Positions 53,221 to 63,731 of a stretch of 64,000 bases of DNA are shown in pieces. The notes beneath the pieces are model-generated. The model worked only from the letters and a program-made list of their open reading frames with translations, was not told the origin of the DNA and searched no databases. Source of the DNA: an uncultured bacterium (GTDB taxonomy: Bacteria > CSSED10-310 > CAZUFC01). The translations under genes were made by a program, and so were the position numbers. Location of the stretch: assembly GCA_964619725.1 (NCBI GenBank), contig CAZUFC010000001.1, positions 32,001 through 96,000 of the forward strand, read 5' to 3'. The stretch's first letter is position 1. Each line of letters starts with the position of its first letter.

Positions 53221-55402
53221 AGTGATCCGAGGACGAGTTTTTCTTTTTGAATGGATGGAGGGGTTCCAGGCTGGAAATATTATCTTCACAGGTTGCGGAG
53301 GTCGATGTTCCTGACCCGTGGCATGGGCCGCATGCGAAGACGTTGTGATAAGGTCTGTAGTATTCGAGATAAGTTCCCCAGGCGCTTCCCGAAGCATCAT
53401 AGCTGCTTGCGGGAGGCGGATCGGGGTCATCATGACACAAGGAACCTCCGCACATGTCCCCTGTATTGTTTCTGAACACGGCGCCTACGCTGTTCATTTT
53501 GTTTGCGTACTGTGAAGTTACCCAGGGGTATCCTCCGGCGGCAGTATCCTCAATGACGTAACTGAATCCGTAACCGTTTCTTTCTACCAGAACGCCGTCC
53601 CTGATCATCGCCTCATTCGTCGAGCCGTGCGTTCCGGAAGCGCCGTGAACATTATGACAGGAGGTGCATGTCGTCATGGTGTCTCTGCCGTTCTGCCCTC
53701 CGGGACCCGATGTATTAACGTCCCAATCCGAGTCTGCAAACGGTCCCACATAGTTCAATATGTGCGCCACGTGTTCGTTCGTCGATTCCCCGCTGCCCCA
53801 GGCATAGGAATAATTGCGGGGCGGATTCGGCGGCGTGGCTTTGAAATTCGTTTTAAGTCCGTTTCCGGGAATATTATCGAAAACATTGTCCGAAAGGTGG
53901 CATTCAAAGCATAATCTGAAGGCTGTTTCTTTCATCAACTGAGCATCATAACCGAATGTTATGTAGTAATTGGAAGGTATCATCAGCGGCGCTTCGCCCG
54001 AAATTTCCCGCAGCCTGTAACCGTCGGCGTATGCCCTGCCGGATTCAGCAGGAGCGTAATAGTTGGAATTAAATGAATATGTATCGGGTTCTCCGTCGAT
54101 GTGAGTCTTATTTACGTCATGGCAATCAACGCATGTAATGAAGCCGTGCCGGCCCCCATGCCCGCTTACGAAGTATCCCCAGGTTGAATTGTCGCCTGCC
54201 GCAGGCGGCGCGCTTACTCCCTGTATCGTGGAATTTCCCGTGTCATGACATCCCTGGCAACTGACCTGCGACCCGCTAGACCAATTCGTTTTTCCCTCCG
54301 TCACTCCGTCAAACGGTCCGTCAGGACTGTGACAATCATCGCAAACCATTGTTTCTTCCAGCGTTTCCGCCGCACCCGGCTCGCCGAATAACGGGTAATT
54401 ATCGATATCGTGGCAGGCCCCGCAGGTCAACGGAGGATTAGGCCCCCTGCTGTTGAGGACAGTGTGTACCGCATGAGCTCCGGAATGTCCGTGACAATCC
54501 GCACAATCATCGCCGTCGCCGCCGTGTAAAAAATTCGCCCTGTGACTGTGGCAACGGATGCAATCCTCACCGCTGTAATGCTCGCCCGATTCTCCTCCAG
54601 CCGTCCAGTAATGAGTCAAACTGTGACATACCTGGCATACCCCGTCAGGCGTCGAATCGTCTCCGGAACTCAAACCGTCGTTATGAGCAAACTGTCCCGG
54701 ATTAAATAATTTTACATCTCTTGCTCCGCCGTATCCCGTCACTGTCGATTTCAACATCTGTCCGTAAATCAGTCCGAATCCGTCTTCCCAATTCAGATCA
54801 TTTAAATAGGATGGTATCTCATCCACGTTTCCCTGAACCGTAATGTAATCTGAACCAGCTTCCAGAACTTCAAAAGTGACGTCAGGATCGTCCGTGTCCG
54901 CCACGAAAATAAGTCCCCGTCCCGGACCGTTCTTCTCGCTCCAATCGCCCGGATCGCTCCAATCCGGGTCGTGCACGGTATAATTCTGAATGGAAAAAGT
55001 AGTCGTGTAATTTCCCGGATGCCCCGTGAATCCGTAATAAACGCCTGTGACCAAATATAAGTCGGACACGCCCCAGGAAAGTTGGTCCTGCGAATGAGCA
55101 TCATGACAATCAACGCAATCACGCGACCAACCGCCAAAATTATCGCTCTCATGCCGGCTTACTTCCGGCGCGGTCACATCATCATGACAACTGAAACAAT
55201 CTACATCCTCACGACTGTATTTCCCCTCTTCTCTGCCCTGACCCTTATGCCCATGACAATCCACGCATCCGATCCCGCTGGTCTGATTATGGGGCGCATC
55301 GATGCTTAAAACGGAGTTCGTCACGGTCAACGCCGCCGACAAACTCAATAAAATTAAATATAACCGACTTCCTGATCCTCGTTTCACATGAAAAAAATTC
55401 AA
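53207..55402 (-). CDS. Exported multiheme cytochrome c (13 CxxCH + CX4CH)
   Basis: Signal-like N-terminus; shares blocks with 17383..19998. Confidence 0.88.
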   Translation of the reverse strand: MNFFHVKRGSGSRLYLILLSLSAALTVTNSVLSIDAPHNQTSGIGCVDCHGHKGQGREEGKYSREDVDCFSCHDDVTAPEVSRHESDNFGGWSRDCVDCHDAHSQDQLSWGVSDLYLVTGVYYGFTGHPGNYTTTFSIQNYTVHDPDWSDPGDWSEKNGPGRGLIFVADTDDPDVTFEVLEAGSDYITVQGNVDEIPSYLNDLNWEDGFGLIYGQMLKSTVTGYGGARDVKLFNPGQFAHNDGLSSGDDSTPDGVCQVCHSLTHYWTAGGESGEHYSGEDCIRCHSHRANFLHGGDGDDCADCHGHSGAHAVHTVLNSRGPNPPLTCGACHDIDNYPLFGEPGAAETLEETMVCDDCHSPDGPFDGVTEGKTNWSSGSQVSCQGCHDTGNSTIQGVSAPPAAGDNSTWGYFVSGHGGRHGFITCVDCHDVNKTHIDGEPDTYSFNSNYYAPAESGRAYADGYRLREISGEAPLMIPSNYYITFGYDAQLMKETAFRLCFECHLSDNVFDNIPGNGLKTNFKATPPNPPRNYSYAWGSGESTNEHVAHILNYVGPFADSDWDVNTSGPGGQNGRDTMTTCTSCHNVHGASGTHGSTNEAMIRDGVLVERNGYGFSYVIEDTAAGGYPWVTSQYANKMNSVGAVFRNNTGDMCGGSLCHDDPDPPPASSYDASGSAWGTYLEYYRPYHNVFACGPCHGSGTSTSATCEDNISSLEPLHPFKKKNSSSDHFTGY

Positions 55403-55731
55403 AATCCCCGCCCTGCCTGTTATGCCTGAACTGTTGCCGTTTCACTCTAACATTCTGGTCGCAATTTCTCCTTCAAAATTCTCAGAATGAACTTACTATA
55501 ACCAGTTATAAGAGAATAATCCAGGAAGTCAATTTTCAAGAGAGTTTCTTTCTGATCAAAAATGCGTCTTCCGAGGCTGCCTTTCTGAAGACTATCCGAT
55601 GATTTTTAATGGAGCTTCAAGAACAGATGTGACGACTGTGACTTATAAGAAGAACAAGCCCCCGATCCTCAAATGCTGAAATTTCGACTCCCTCTCGTTT
55701 CAGTATAATCTTTCTGATTTATCCCCGCGAA

Positions 55732-56706
55732 CTACAGGTATTCGCTGAGCGAAGATTCGATCACTCCTTTCAACAACCTTATTTTATAGGCGTTTTCGCT
55801 GAGCGGCGAAGCGTTTTTTACTGCTGCGTCGGCGGCTTTTTTGATAAGGCTTTCGCTCAATTTTTCACCTGTTATTGTTTGTTCGATTTCTTTCGATACC
55901 CAGGGAACGGGAGCCACTCCGCTCAAGACGGCTTTCGCATTTTTAACATTTTTATCGTCATCGAGCGTTATGGACAGCGCTATGCCGGACAGAGCGAAAT
56001 CCCAGGAACGTCTGGCCCTGATTTTTTTGTAGGAACTTTTTCGGCCTTTTTCCGGTGAAGGCAGCACAATCTCGGTAACCATTTCATCAGCATCCAGGAT
56101 GGTTTCTTTTTGAACGTCAACTTCCGGCGAAACGAAAAATTCATCTATGGGTACGCTTCTTTTTCCGTTTTTCCCGGCGATTTTAACGACTGCATCAAGA
56201 GCGACCAGCGCGGTGCAGGGATCGGAAGGATGAACGATATAGCACATGTTTCCGCCCAGTATGCAGTGATAGGCATTCTTACCGTTGATTGCGAAACAGG
56301 TGTCGCCTCCTTTTCTCAAACAATGGAATTCACCGCGGTAATACCAGCATCGGGGTTTCTGGCAGATATTGCCGCCTATGGTTCCCTGATTGCGCAGTTG
56401 AGGCGAAGCCGCCGCTGCAGCAGCCTGGGCCAGGGCCGTATAATGTTCCAGGATAAGAGGATTTTCAGCGATTTCCGTCAGAGTGACCAGAGCGCCCAGT
56501 CTCAGGCCTTTATCGTTCGTTCTGCTGATGCCTTTCAGAGAATCGATATTGCTTATGCTCAACAGGCGTTCTGCCTGAAATACGTCATCTCGAAGACAAC
56601 CCAGCAAGTCAGTTCCCCCGGCATGAATATGCATATCTTTTGAGGATAACAGATTTATCGCATCTTTAACCGATTCGGCTCTTGCGTATTTGAAAGCGGG
56701 AAACAT
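55732..56706 (-). CDS. Xanthine dehydrogenase-family FAD subunit with 4Fe-4S insert (PaoB/YagS-like)
   Basis: AGGTDLL, ASPQLRNQGTIGGN, QKPRCWYYR..CLRKGGDTC..HC, HPSD. Confidence 0.92.
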   Translation of the reverse strand: MFPAFKYARAESVKDAINLLSSKDMHIHAGGTDLLGCLRDDVFQAERLLSISNIDSLKGISRTNDKGLRLGALVTLTEIAENPLILEHYTALAQAAAAAASPQLRNQGTIGGNICQKPRCWYYRGEFHCLRKGGDTCFAINGKNAYHCILGGNMCYIVHPSDPCTALVALDAVVKIAGKNGKRSVPIDEFFVSPEVDVQKETILDADEMVTEIVLPSPEKGRKSSYKKIRARRSWDFALSGIALSITLDDDKNVKNAKAVLSGVAPVPWVSKEIEQTITGEKLSESLIKKAADAAVKNASPLSENAYKIRLLKGVIESSLSEYL

Positions 56707-56708
56707 GA

Positions 56709-59036
56709 TTAACCCTCCTTCCTTTGAGTATCCAGAAGCCGGTTCAGAGATACGGGATTAGCAGGCGTTCCGGTTATTTTTATTCCGACAGCATGGTATA
56801 TCGCATTGGCTATAGCGGCTGCAGTGGGAATAGTGACCGGTTCTCCCAATCCTTTCGCACCCGTGGTATTAGCTTTATCATCCGGTTTTTCGATGGGGAC
56901 CGAAATCATATCGGCCGGAACGTCCAGGGCCGTCGGCAATTTATAATCATGCCAGTTTTTCGTCACCAGCTTCCCGGTCTGCCCTGTATCAATAACTCTC
57001 TCTTCCGTCATGCCCAATCCTATCCCCATAGTAATGCCGCCGTATACCTGACTGTCGAAAGTCAACCTGTTCATGACCCTTCCGCTTTCATGCGCCCCCA
57101 CGAACCGCAAAACTTCTATCTCGCCGGTCTTCATGTTGACGGCGACTTCGCAGAACTGAGCCGCAAAGGGATTGATGGTTACTCCGCTCGGATTCGGACA
57201 GCGGTAACCGGTTCCAATCAGAACGCCCCGCTTTTTCAAACCGGAGATGTCCGTAATTTTTATGCTGTTGGATTCGTCGTTCCGGGATACGATGACGTCT
57301 CCTTCGAATCGAAGGTTTTCAACATCCTCTTCCAGGTCTTCCGCTGCGAACTTCAGCAATTGTCTTTTGACCGCTATTGCTGCAGCTCTTACCGCCGGCG
57401 CTTCAGTGGGAACCGTTTTGCTTCCGCCGCTGGGCGTCGCAAACTGTGTCGTCCCCGTATCCGCATGCTCAATCTGTATCATCTCCGGTCTTACTCCCAG
57501 CTCCTCCGCTGCTGTCATCGCCATAACGGTTTTCGTGCCCGTCCCTATGTCGCTCGCCCCCATGTTCAAATTAACGCTTCCATCAGAAAATAACTTTATA
57601 ACTATGGTTGACGGCGGTCCTCCGTCTCCGACGATCCACAAGCAGGCGCCCATTCCTGCGCCTTTACGGATAATCTCGTTTTTCCCGTTCCATTCTTCCG
57701 CTTCCTGCCTCGATTTCCGCCACTCGAATGCCGCTGCCCCCTGGGTTATGCATTCCCGCAGCCCGTCAGACGTGTAAGGAGGATTGCCCATTCTGGCTTG
57801 ACTATACTCCGGTATATTCTTGAGTCTTATCTCAACCGGGTCCGCGCCTATGGCCTCTGCCAGCGCATCCATCATCTGTTCCAACGCCCAGGCTCCCTGA
57901 GGATGTCCGGGCGCCCGAAAAGGTCTTGCAGGTCCGGCATTAATGAAAACATCCGTCGCCTCTGTCCTGACGTTCGGGCACTTATACAGGTCCCTCACCA
58001 GCCAGTCCACCAGCGACGTCCCGCCCGCGGGATAAACCCCGCCCGTACCTGTGCATGAAAATTCCAGAGCCGTCAGAGTCCCATCATTTTTTACCCCGGC
58101 TTTTAATTTCATATTGCTCGGCGGACGATTTCCCGTCACAAGATAAGTCTCTTCACGGGATAAAAACAGTTTCACCGGACAAGCCGTACGGGAAGACAAA
58201 AGAGAAGCTATAATCGTGTATTTGCCGGCCTGCAGCTTACTGCCGAATCCGCCGCCCATGTAATTGCCGATTACTCTCACGCGGGACATCGGCAATCCCA
58301 AAACCTGAGACAACTTTGACTGAACCGCATATACACCCTGCGTCGATTCCCATACCGTCAACCGGGAACCGTCCCAGGACGCCACGCACCCATGACGCTC
58401 CAATGGCGTATGCAACTCGCACTCCGTCCTGTATTCCTCTTCCAGGACCACATCCGCTTCGCCGAAACCCTTCTTAATATCCCCCCGTTCATATATTACC
58501 GGCTCGCTTACCAGGTTGCCCTCCTTATGCACCAACGGACTCTGCTTTTCCAGGGCCTTCCTTTCGTCACTCACAAAAGGCAACTCTTCATATTCCACTT
58601 TTATCTTCCTTAGAGCATCTGCAGCCTGATAAGGCGTCTCGGCCGCTACCGCCGCCACAGCTTCTCCTTCAAAACGACAGTGTGGATTAAATATTTTCGA
58701 TTCCGCAGAACCGTAAGTCCACTTTAAATTCGCGCCCTTCGTCTTGCCGCTGATTACGGCATGCACGCCCGGAAGCTTCTCAGCCTCTTTTACATCAACC
58801 TTCTTTACCCTGGCATGAGGATACGGACACCGTAATATCGCTCCGTAAAGCATCCGGGGCAACAATACATCCGACGGATACATCGCTGTTCCGGTTACTC
58901 GCTCATACGCATCAACACGGGGATCAGAACGTCCCACCACGTTGGTCCTGCCCCAGGCTTTCGGCTCCTCTCCGCTTTCAGGCGTTTCGGGTATAGGAAC
59001 ATCATCTTTATAATACAATCCTTCGTCTTTGTTCAT
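56709..59036 (-). CDS. Xanthine dehydrogenase-family molybdopterin-binding subunit (PaoC/YagR-like)
   Basis: STQG, GGGFGSK, FRAPGHPQ, DIGTG, GGS, AKGLGEP. Confidence 0.93.
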   Translation of the reverse strand: MNKDEGLYYKDDVPIPETPESGEEPKAWGRTNVVGRSDPRVDAYERVTGTAMYPSDVLLPRMLYGAILRCPYPHARVKKVDVKEAEKLPGVHAVISGKTKGANLKWTYGSAESKIFNPHCRFEGEAVAAVAAETPYQAADALRKIKVEYEELPFVSDERKALEKQSPLVHKEGNLVSEPVIYERGDIKKGFGEADVVLEEEYRTECELHTPLERHGCVASWDGSRLTVWESTQGVYAVQSKLSQVLGLPMSRVRVIGNYMGGGFGSKLQAGKYTIIASLLSSRTACPVKLFLSREETYLVTGNRPPSNMKLKAGVKNDGTLTALEFSCTGTGGVYPAGGTSLVDWLVRDLYKCPNVRTEATDVFINAGPARPFRAPGHPQGAWALEQMMDALAEAIGADPVEIRLKNIPEYSQARMGNPPYTSDGLRECITQGAAAFEWRKSRQEAEEWNGKNEIIRKGAGMGACLWIVGDGGPPSTIVIKLFSDGSVNLNMGASDIGTGTKTVMAMTAAEELGVRPEMIQIEHADTGTTQFATPSGGSKTVPTEAPAVRAAAIAVKRQLLKFAAEDLEEDVENLRFEGDVIVSRNDESNSIKITDISGLKKRGVLIGTGYRCPNPSGVTINPFAAQFCEVAVNMKTGEIEVLRFVGAHESGRVMNRLTFDSQVYGGITMGIGLGMTEERVIDTGQTGKLVTKNWHDYKLPTALDVPADMISVPIEKPDDKANTTGAKGLGEPVTIPTAAAIANAIYHAVGIKITGTPANPVSLNRLLDTQRKEG

Positions 59037-59668
59037 TATTTACCTCCCCCTTTACGCCTGAACTCCGCCGCCCGACTCACGGCCTCGAAAATATTCTTGT
59101 AAGCCCCGCAACGACACAGATTGCCGCTGTCGCCTGTCATTATCTCCTCCATCGTCGGATCGGAATTCTTCCTCAACAGTCCCTCCGCCGCCATTACATG
59201 TCCGGGAGTGCAATATCCGCATTGAAACGCATCCGACTCCATAAATGCCTTCTGCACCGGTCCGGGATTCTCGCCATCCATTAACCCTTCAATCGTGGTG
59301 ATCTCCTTGCCCTCAGCCTCCAACGCCAACGTCATGCATGAATAACGCGGCTTGTCGTCGATTAATACCGTGCATGCCCCGCATTCGCCCCGCTCACATC
59401 CCGGCTTCGGCCCCGTTAATCCCAGCTTCTCCCGCAATACAAACAGCAACGTCCATCGCGGCTCGACCAAAAGTCGATACTCCTCACCGTTTACACGTAA
59501 TCTCACCGGCACATTCTCCTCTTCCGCCGGACCCTCCTTCGTCTTTCCCTGCGCTCTGACCCGTATGAACGTCGCTGCCGCCGCTCCCGCTCCCACTGTC
59601 TTTATGAAATTACGCCGCGACATCCCTCCTTTTACCTTACCTTCACTCCTGCTCTCCTTTTCCTCCAT
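59036..59668 (-). CDS. 2x[2Fe-2S] subunit with Tat signal (PaoA/YagT-like)
   Basis: SRRNFIK, GCERGECGACTV, QCGYCTPG, NLCRC. Confidence 0.93.
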   Translation of the reverse strand: MEEKESRSEGKVKGGMSRRNFIKTVGAGAAAATFIRVRAQGKTKEGPAEEENVPVRLRVNGEEYRLLVEPRWTLLFVLREKLGLTGPKPGCERGECGACTVLIDDKPRYSCMTLALEAEGKEITTIEGLMDGENPGPVQKAFMESDAFQCGYCTPGHVMAAEGLLRKNSDPTMEEIMTGDSGNLCRCGAYKNIFEAVSRAAEFRRKGGGK

Positions 59669-60168
59669 GGATTATTCTCCTCTCGTTTAAATTGTCAGCC
59701 TCTAATAGATATAAACCCATTCTCTGTTCGACACAGGCGCCGAACTTTTGCCAATCCCGTTAATCATTGTAATTATCAAAAATGTATGACCAAGTCAAAA
59801 CTCCGTCCGAAAAAGACGGCAGTTTCAGTTGTGTTCTCCTGATTGATTTATGTGGTCGCTAAGGTTATATTCTGCGTGGATGACTGAGCGTACAAGTTCC
59901 GCCGAAGCCGAACTCAAAGTCAATGTTTGATTGATTGTTGTGTTTACGTAAAGCATTTCGCAATTTCTTATGACGCCGACTGAATAATAATTTTCATACC
60001 CTAATAATTGACTTCGCATCACGATTCAGTTAATTACTTGTGCTGACGGACGTTTTCTGTCTTGATTGAGGTTGAACGCTTCCCTTATAGATATGACCGG
60101 TTTCCGGCCGTCTAATCTGGAAAATTTATTACTGCTGACAAAAATATGAAAATGAATCTCAGGGGCAA

Positions 60169-61005
60169 ATGAGAATAACGGAAATAAATACGGAGAGAGG
60201 GCTGGCGCCCAGCGGCATAGAAATCGCCGATTATGTGGTCAATCCTTACCGGGGTTGCGAATTCGGCTGCCTTTACTGTTATGTCAGAAAAAATAAAATC
60301 GCGCAAAGAGCCAAAGAAAACTGGGGCGAATTCGTCGACGTTAAAGTAAACATTCCTGAACTCATTCAAAAAGACATCAGGTCCAAAAAACCTTCCAGAA
60401 TCCTCGTCGGCTCCATCACAGACCCTTACCAGCCTCTAGAACTGAAATATCAGCTCACCCGCCGCTCGCTCCTCGCCGCCGTCGAACATCAAATCCCCGT
60501 AACGTTACTCACCCGCTCCAGCCACATCCTGCGCGATCTGGATATACTGAAAAAAATACCCGGCATGAGCGTTTATTTCACGATCAACTGGCCTGAAGTC
60601 CGAAAACTCCGGATATTCGAACCCAGGTCCTTTACCTTCACAGAACGCCTGAAAACAATCGAAATCCTTTCTCAAAACGGCATCGGCGCCGTCCCCAACG
60701 TCAGTCCCCTTTTCCCGGGACTCTTCAACCTCCAAACCTATTTCAAAAGTCTCGCTCCCCTCGTCGATGCTCTCAGCTTTGAAAGCTTGAATCTGAAAGT
60801 CATGACGGGAAATGAAATAGATAAGCTGTCGGCAAAGCATTTTCCTGCCGAACGACGGCTTTTTCAACGGGTCTATTCATGCAGGCGATCTTTTGATGAA
60901 TACTGGAATTCCGTCAAACGGCAGATCATCGCTATGAACGAAAGCTATGGATTGAATATTGAATTCCGGTTCCACAGCTTCGATTCCTATTTCGGTCGAG
61001 ACTGA
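60169..61005 (+). CDS. Radical SAM protein, spore photoproduct lyase-like family
   Basis: NPYRGCEFGCLYCY, GSITDPYQPLE, LTRS..ILRDLD. Confidence 0.88.
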   Translation: MRITEINTERGLAPSGIEIADYVVNPYRGCEFGCLYCYVRKNKIAQRAKENWGEFVDVKVNIPELIQKDIRSKKPSRILVGSITDPYQPLELKYQLTRRSLLAAVEHQIPVTLLTRSSHILRDLDILKKIPGMSVYFTINWPEVRKLRIFEPRSFTFTERLKTIEILSQNGIGAVPNVSPLFPGLFNLQTYFKSLAPLVDALSFESLNLKVMTGNEIDKLSAKHFPAERRLFQRVYSCRRSFDEYWNSVKRQIIAMNESYGLNIEFRFHSFDSYFGRD

Positions 61006-61070
61006 AACGGTTCATCCGGGCGGAAATTTTTTGATGATGATGATCATGATCATGATGATGACACGGGACT

Positions 61071-62318
61071 TCAGGTCAATTCTTTCCAATTTCTGCCCGT
61101 TACTTTCAATGTTGTTTTGAAATGAAGTTTGGCGATATGCGACAATCCCTCTATGCCCCATCTTTTATATATTGCAGTTGCGGTTTCCACTGTCTTGGCG
61201 GAAGCCCCGCGGGGAATATTAATACCAGAGCGGTCCGACGCGTTTTTCAGGTATTTCAGGAAAGCATTTCTCGCCAGTATAGACGCCGCAGCCACGCCGG
61301 TATACCTCTCTCCCCCGGCAAACTGGTTCAGTTTAATTTCCGCAGCGGCATCCCCCAGCCTTTGTTTTAAATAAGCCTGGCGAGTAAACCTGTCTGTGAT
61401 TATCATCTTCGGTCGCAGGCCGTGTTGAAGGATGTTTTTTACGGCACGGGCGTGAGTCCAGGCGAGAAGATGATTCAATTTTTTTCCTTCGCTGAAAAAT
61501 TGAGAATAAAGCGTATTATAACGAGCGGGCGGAAGTTCGACGATTGAACAGGAGTTTTCTCCGCAAACCTGTTTTATTTGCCCGGCCAGTTCGAATATTT
61601 TTTTGTCCGATAATGTTTTGCTGTCCTTCACGCCCAGAGTCTGCAGAATTTCTTCCTTGTTGCTGTCAACCATCACCGCGGCCGAAACCAACGGGCCGAA
61701 ATAATCTCCCTTGCCGGCTTCATCCGTGCCGATATAGGGATAAAGCATGGGTTCTTCAGAGAATATTCTGATCTGTTCATCTTCGGAGACCCTTGATTGA
61801 ACGGCATTCAAATCGGCAGAAGCGGCGGCGGCCCCCTTTCCTTCCATGCAGAACAAACCGGAGCGGTATTGTTTGATCTCATAACTTTCTTTGTTTGATT
61901 TTACTTTGTATACATACTCATATTTTTTCCCGGGCGAGAAGGCCGGCTGACCGTATTTTTCCTGAAAATAGTTCCTGACCTTTGCGCGGCTTTCTTCTGA
62001 TAAACGGGTACAAAGATTCTCCAGAGGCTTCGGATCGAAATCGTTTTTTATTTTGTTCAATTCACCGGTCAGCTCATCAGGAAGACGCTTACCGTCAAGA
62101 ACGTAAAATTTCCCCGTTCGATAAGCATTAAGGCACAGAGAAAACGCGCTTTCAGAGCTGAGATGAAATTGAATGCCGTAGTCAATTTTTCGTGACGTTA
62201 AAGCAAAGCCCCGCTTTCCGGCAAACCGGTTCAGGACCGCTTCAAAACGCTCCAGGGGATCGCCCGGACCAGCGGCTTTGGAATTCTCGCCGGCGCTATG
62301 ATCCGAAATGACGGTCAT
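61071..62318 (-). CDS. rnhC: Ribonuclease HIII with extended N-terminus
   Basis: YIGTDEAGKGDYFGPLV, DSK, YNTLY, VAAASILAR, KLHFKT. Confidence 0.9.
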   Translation of the reverse strand: MTVISDHSAGENSKAAGPGDPLERFEAVLNRFAGKRGFALTSRKIDYGIQFHLSSESAFSLCLNAYRTGKFYVLDGKRLPDELTGELNKIKNDFDPKPLENLCTRLSEESRAKVRNYFQEKYGQPAFSPGKKYEYVYKVKSNKESYEIKQYRSGLFCMEGKGAAAASADLNAVQSRVSEDEQIRIFSEEPMLYPYIGTDEAGKGDYFGPLVSAAVMVDSNKEEILQTLGVKDSKTLSDKKIFELAGQIKQVCGENSCSIVELPPARYNTLYSQFFSEGKKLNHLLAWTHARAVKNILQHGLRPKMIITDRFTRQAYLKQRLGDAAAEIKLNQFAGGERYTGVAAASILARNAFLKYLKNASDRSGINIPRGASAKTVETATAIYKRWGIEGLSHIAKLHFKTTLKVTGRNWKELT

Positions 62319-62338
62319 GCGGAATACCCTTTCAACCT

Positions 62339-63043
62339 TTATTCATTTTCCCAATATTTATAAATCTTCCGGTGTTTTCCTATTTTTGTCTTCGGCTCTT
62401 TGCCTGATTTCAAATCTTTTCTGTCGGAAAGTTTTACCGCTTTGGCCTTCAATTTCACCTTATCGTCTTCAAGAACTACACGGAAATTCACAGCATTAGA
62501 TTTGTGCCGCTCGCTCATACTCTCCATCTTCTTCCGAATGACTCCGCGGAATTCTTCAAATTTAAGAGGTTGCGTCGATGATTTAAGTTTCTTCATGTTC
62601 CTCATGTAGGAAATGTATAATAACCGCATATCGCCCTTCTGTTTGAAAGGGTCCTTTATGAGTTTATTAACGTCTTTACTCACCTGGTGCGATCTGTGTT
62701 TATCCGCCGGGTCCCCTATCACGCCTTCGGGCGTAGTCTCAATGTGCGCTCTCGTCCCTATGTTGATCCCCTCTTCCATGGTTCTGATGCGTCTTCCCCA
62801 GTATTCCCTCAGGGTATTGTATTTCGCTATAAAATTGTAATAGCGAAAGCGATCTACGCCTCTCAGCAGCTTATCCGAACCGGCATACTTCCGTATCACT
62901 TTTCTTATCTGAATTTCCGTTACATTCGGCGGAGATTTGCGGGCTCCTACAAAATACTGATTAAACTCAGCCCTCAATTGTTTCAGCTTGGTCTCCAACC
63001 ACTTGAAATCATTTTCAAGCTGCTGTCGCTCTTGTTCGTCCAT
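62339..63043 (-). CDS. Hypothetical protein resembling the MXAN_5187 C-terminal domain family
   Basis: QYFVG..PP..RFRY...YW.R..R.MEEG and V.FRVV.EDDKVKLKAK, recognised from memory. Confidence 0.6.
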   Translation of the reverse strand: MDEQERQQLENDFKWLETKLKQLRAEFNQYFVGARKSPPNVTEIQIRKVIRKYAGSDKLLRGVDRFRYYNFIAKYNTLREYWGRRIRTMEEGINIGTRAHIETTPEGVIGDPADKHRSHQVSKDVNKLIKDPFKQKGDMRLLYISYMRNMKKLKSSTQPLKFEEFRGVIRKKMESMSERHKSNAVNFRVVLEDDKVKLKAKAVKLSDRKDLKSGKEPKTKIGKHRKIYKYWENE

Positions 63044-63049
63044 AAAATA

Positions 63050-63439
63050 TCAATCCCTCGCATATTGAAAAAAAGACAAAAGGGGATACCATAACTCACG
63101 ACCGAAAGGATACTCGCATCCGTTAAACAAAAGCTTCCAGGGAGTCTCCCCGGCCATTTTATCGGTCAGCCGGAACAAATGATCCGCCTGATGCGTTTCA
63201 AACAGAACGTAATGAACATTTTCTTTTTTCTTATACGCTATGTCGCCGGGCAGTTCTGAAAAAAAATCGCCGCAGGATGTTCTGATACCCTCGTCAGCTT
63301 CCGGAATCGCCAGAGTAATCACATAATGTTCACGAGCTTCTTCGCGAAAAATTTCCTTTTTCAGGTCTGAAGCATCTCCGCATAACGGGCACGGGCGTTC
63401 ACCGCCGGGAAATCCGCAACGGAAACATTTGATATTCAT
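63050..63439 (-). CDS. Hypothetical protein with N-terminal Zn finger
   Basis: CFRC...CPLC; GGAGG upstream; TTGACA on the minus strand at 63500-63505. Confidence 0.65.
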   Translation of the reverse strand: MNIKCFRCGFPGGERPCPLCGDASDLKKEIFREEAREHYVITLAIPEADEGIRTSCGDFFSELPGDIAYKKKENVHYVLFETHQADHLFRLTDKMAGETPWKLLFNGCEYPFGRELWYPLLSFFQYARD

Positions 63440-63731
63440 CCTTGTTGAACCTCCCCGAAACTCATCCCTTAAACGACATTAATAAAGAGACAAACAGACT
63501 GTCAAGCCCCACATCCGCCGCCCGTTTTGAGCGCCGAAAGTGTCGATAATACCGAAAATAAAGAATCATGCTGTGAATTGGGATGAAGCGAGCCATTCAT
63601 CAATACGGTATTTTTATTTCATTGTATAATAAGGAAGCTGAAGCTTTAACGGCGAACTCTGCAGGGTCATGGTCTCGATCTGCTTATCTCGTTCAACGGT
63701 ACTCAGGGGGAAGTGAGTTTGCCGGCATAAG

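Noticed and set aside
59669-60160. Moco riboswitch or small gene upstream of the molybdoenzyme operon
   Set aside because: I recognise no Moco motif, and the 65-aa ORF has no RBS or family features.
61033-61060. (GAT)n/GATCAT microsatellite between convergent genes
   Set aside because: Short and non-coding, with no evidence of function.
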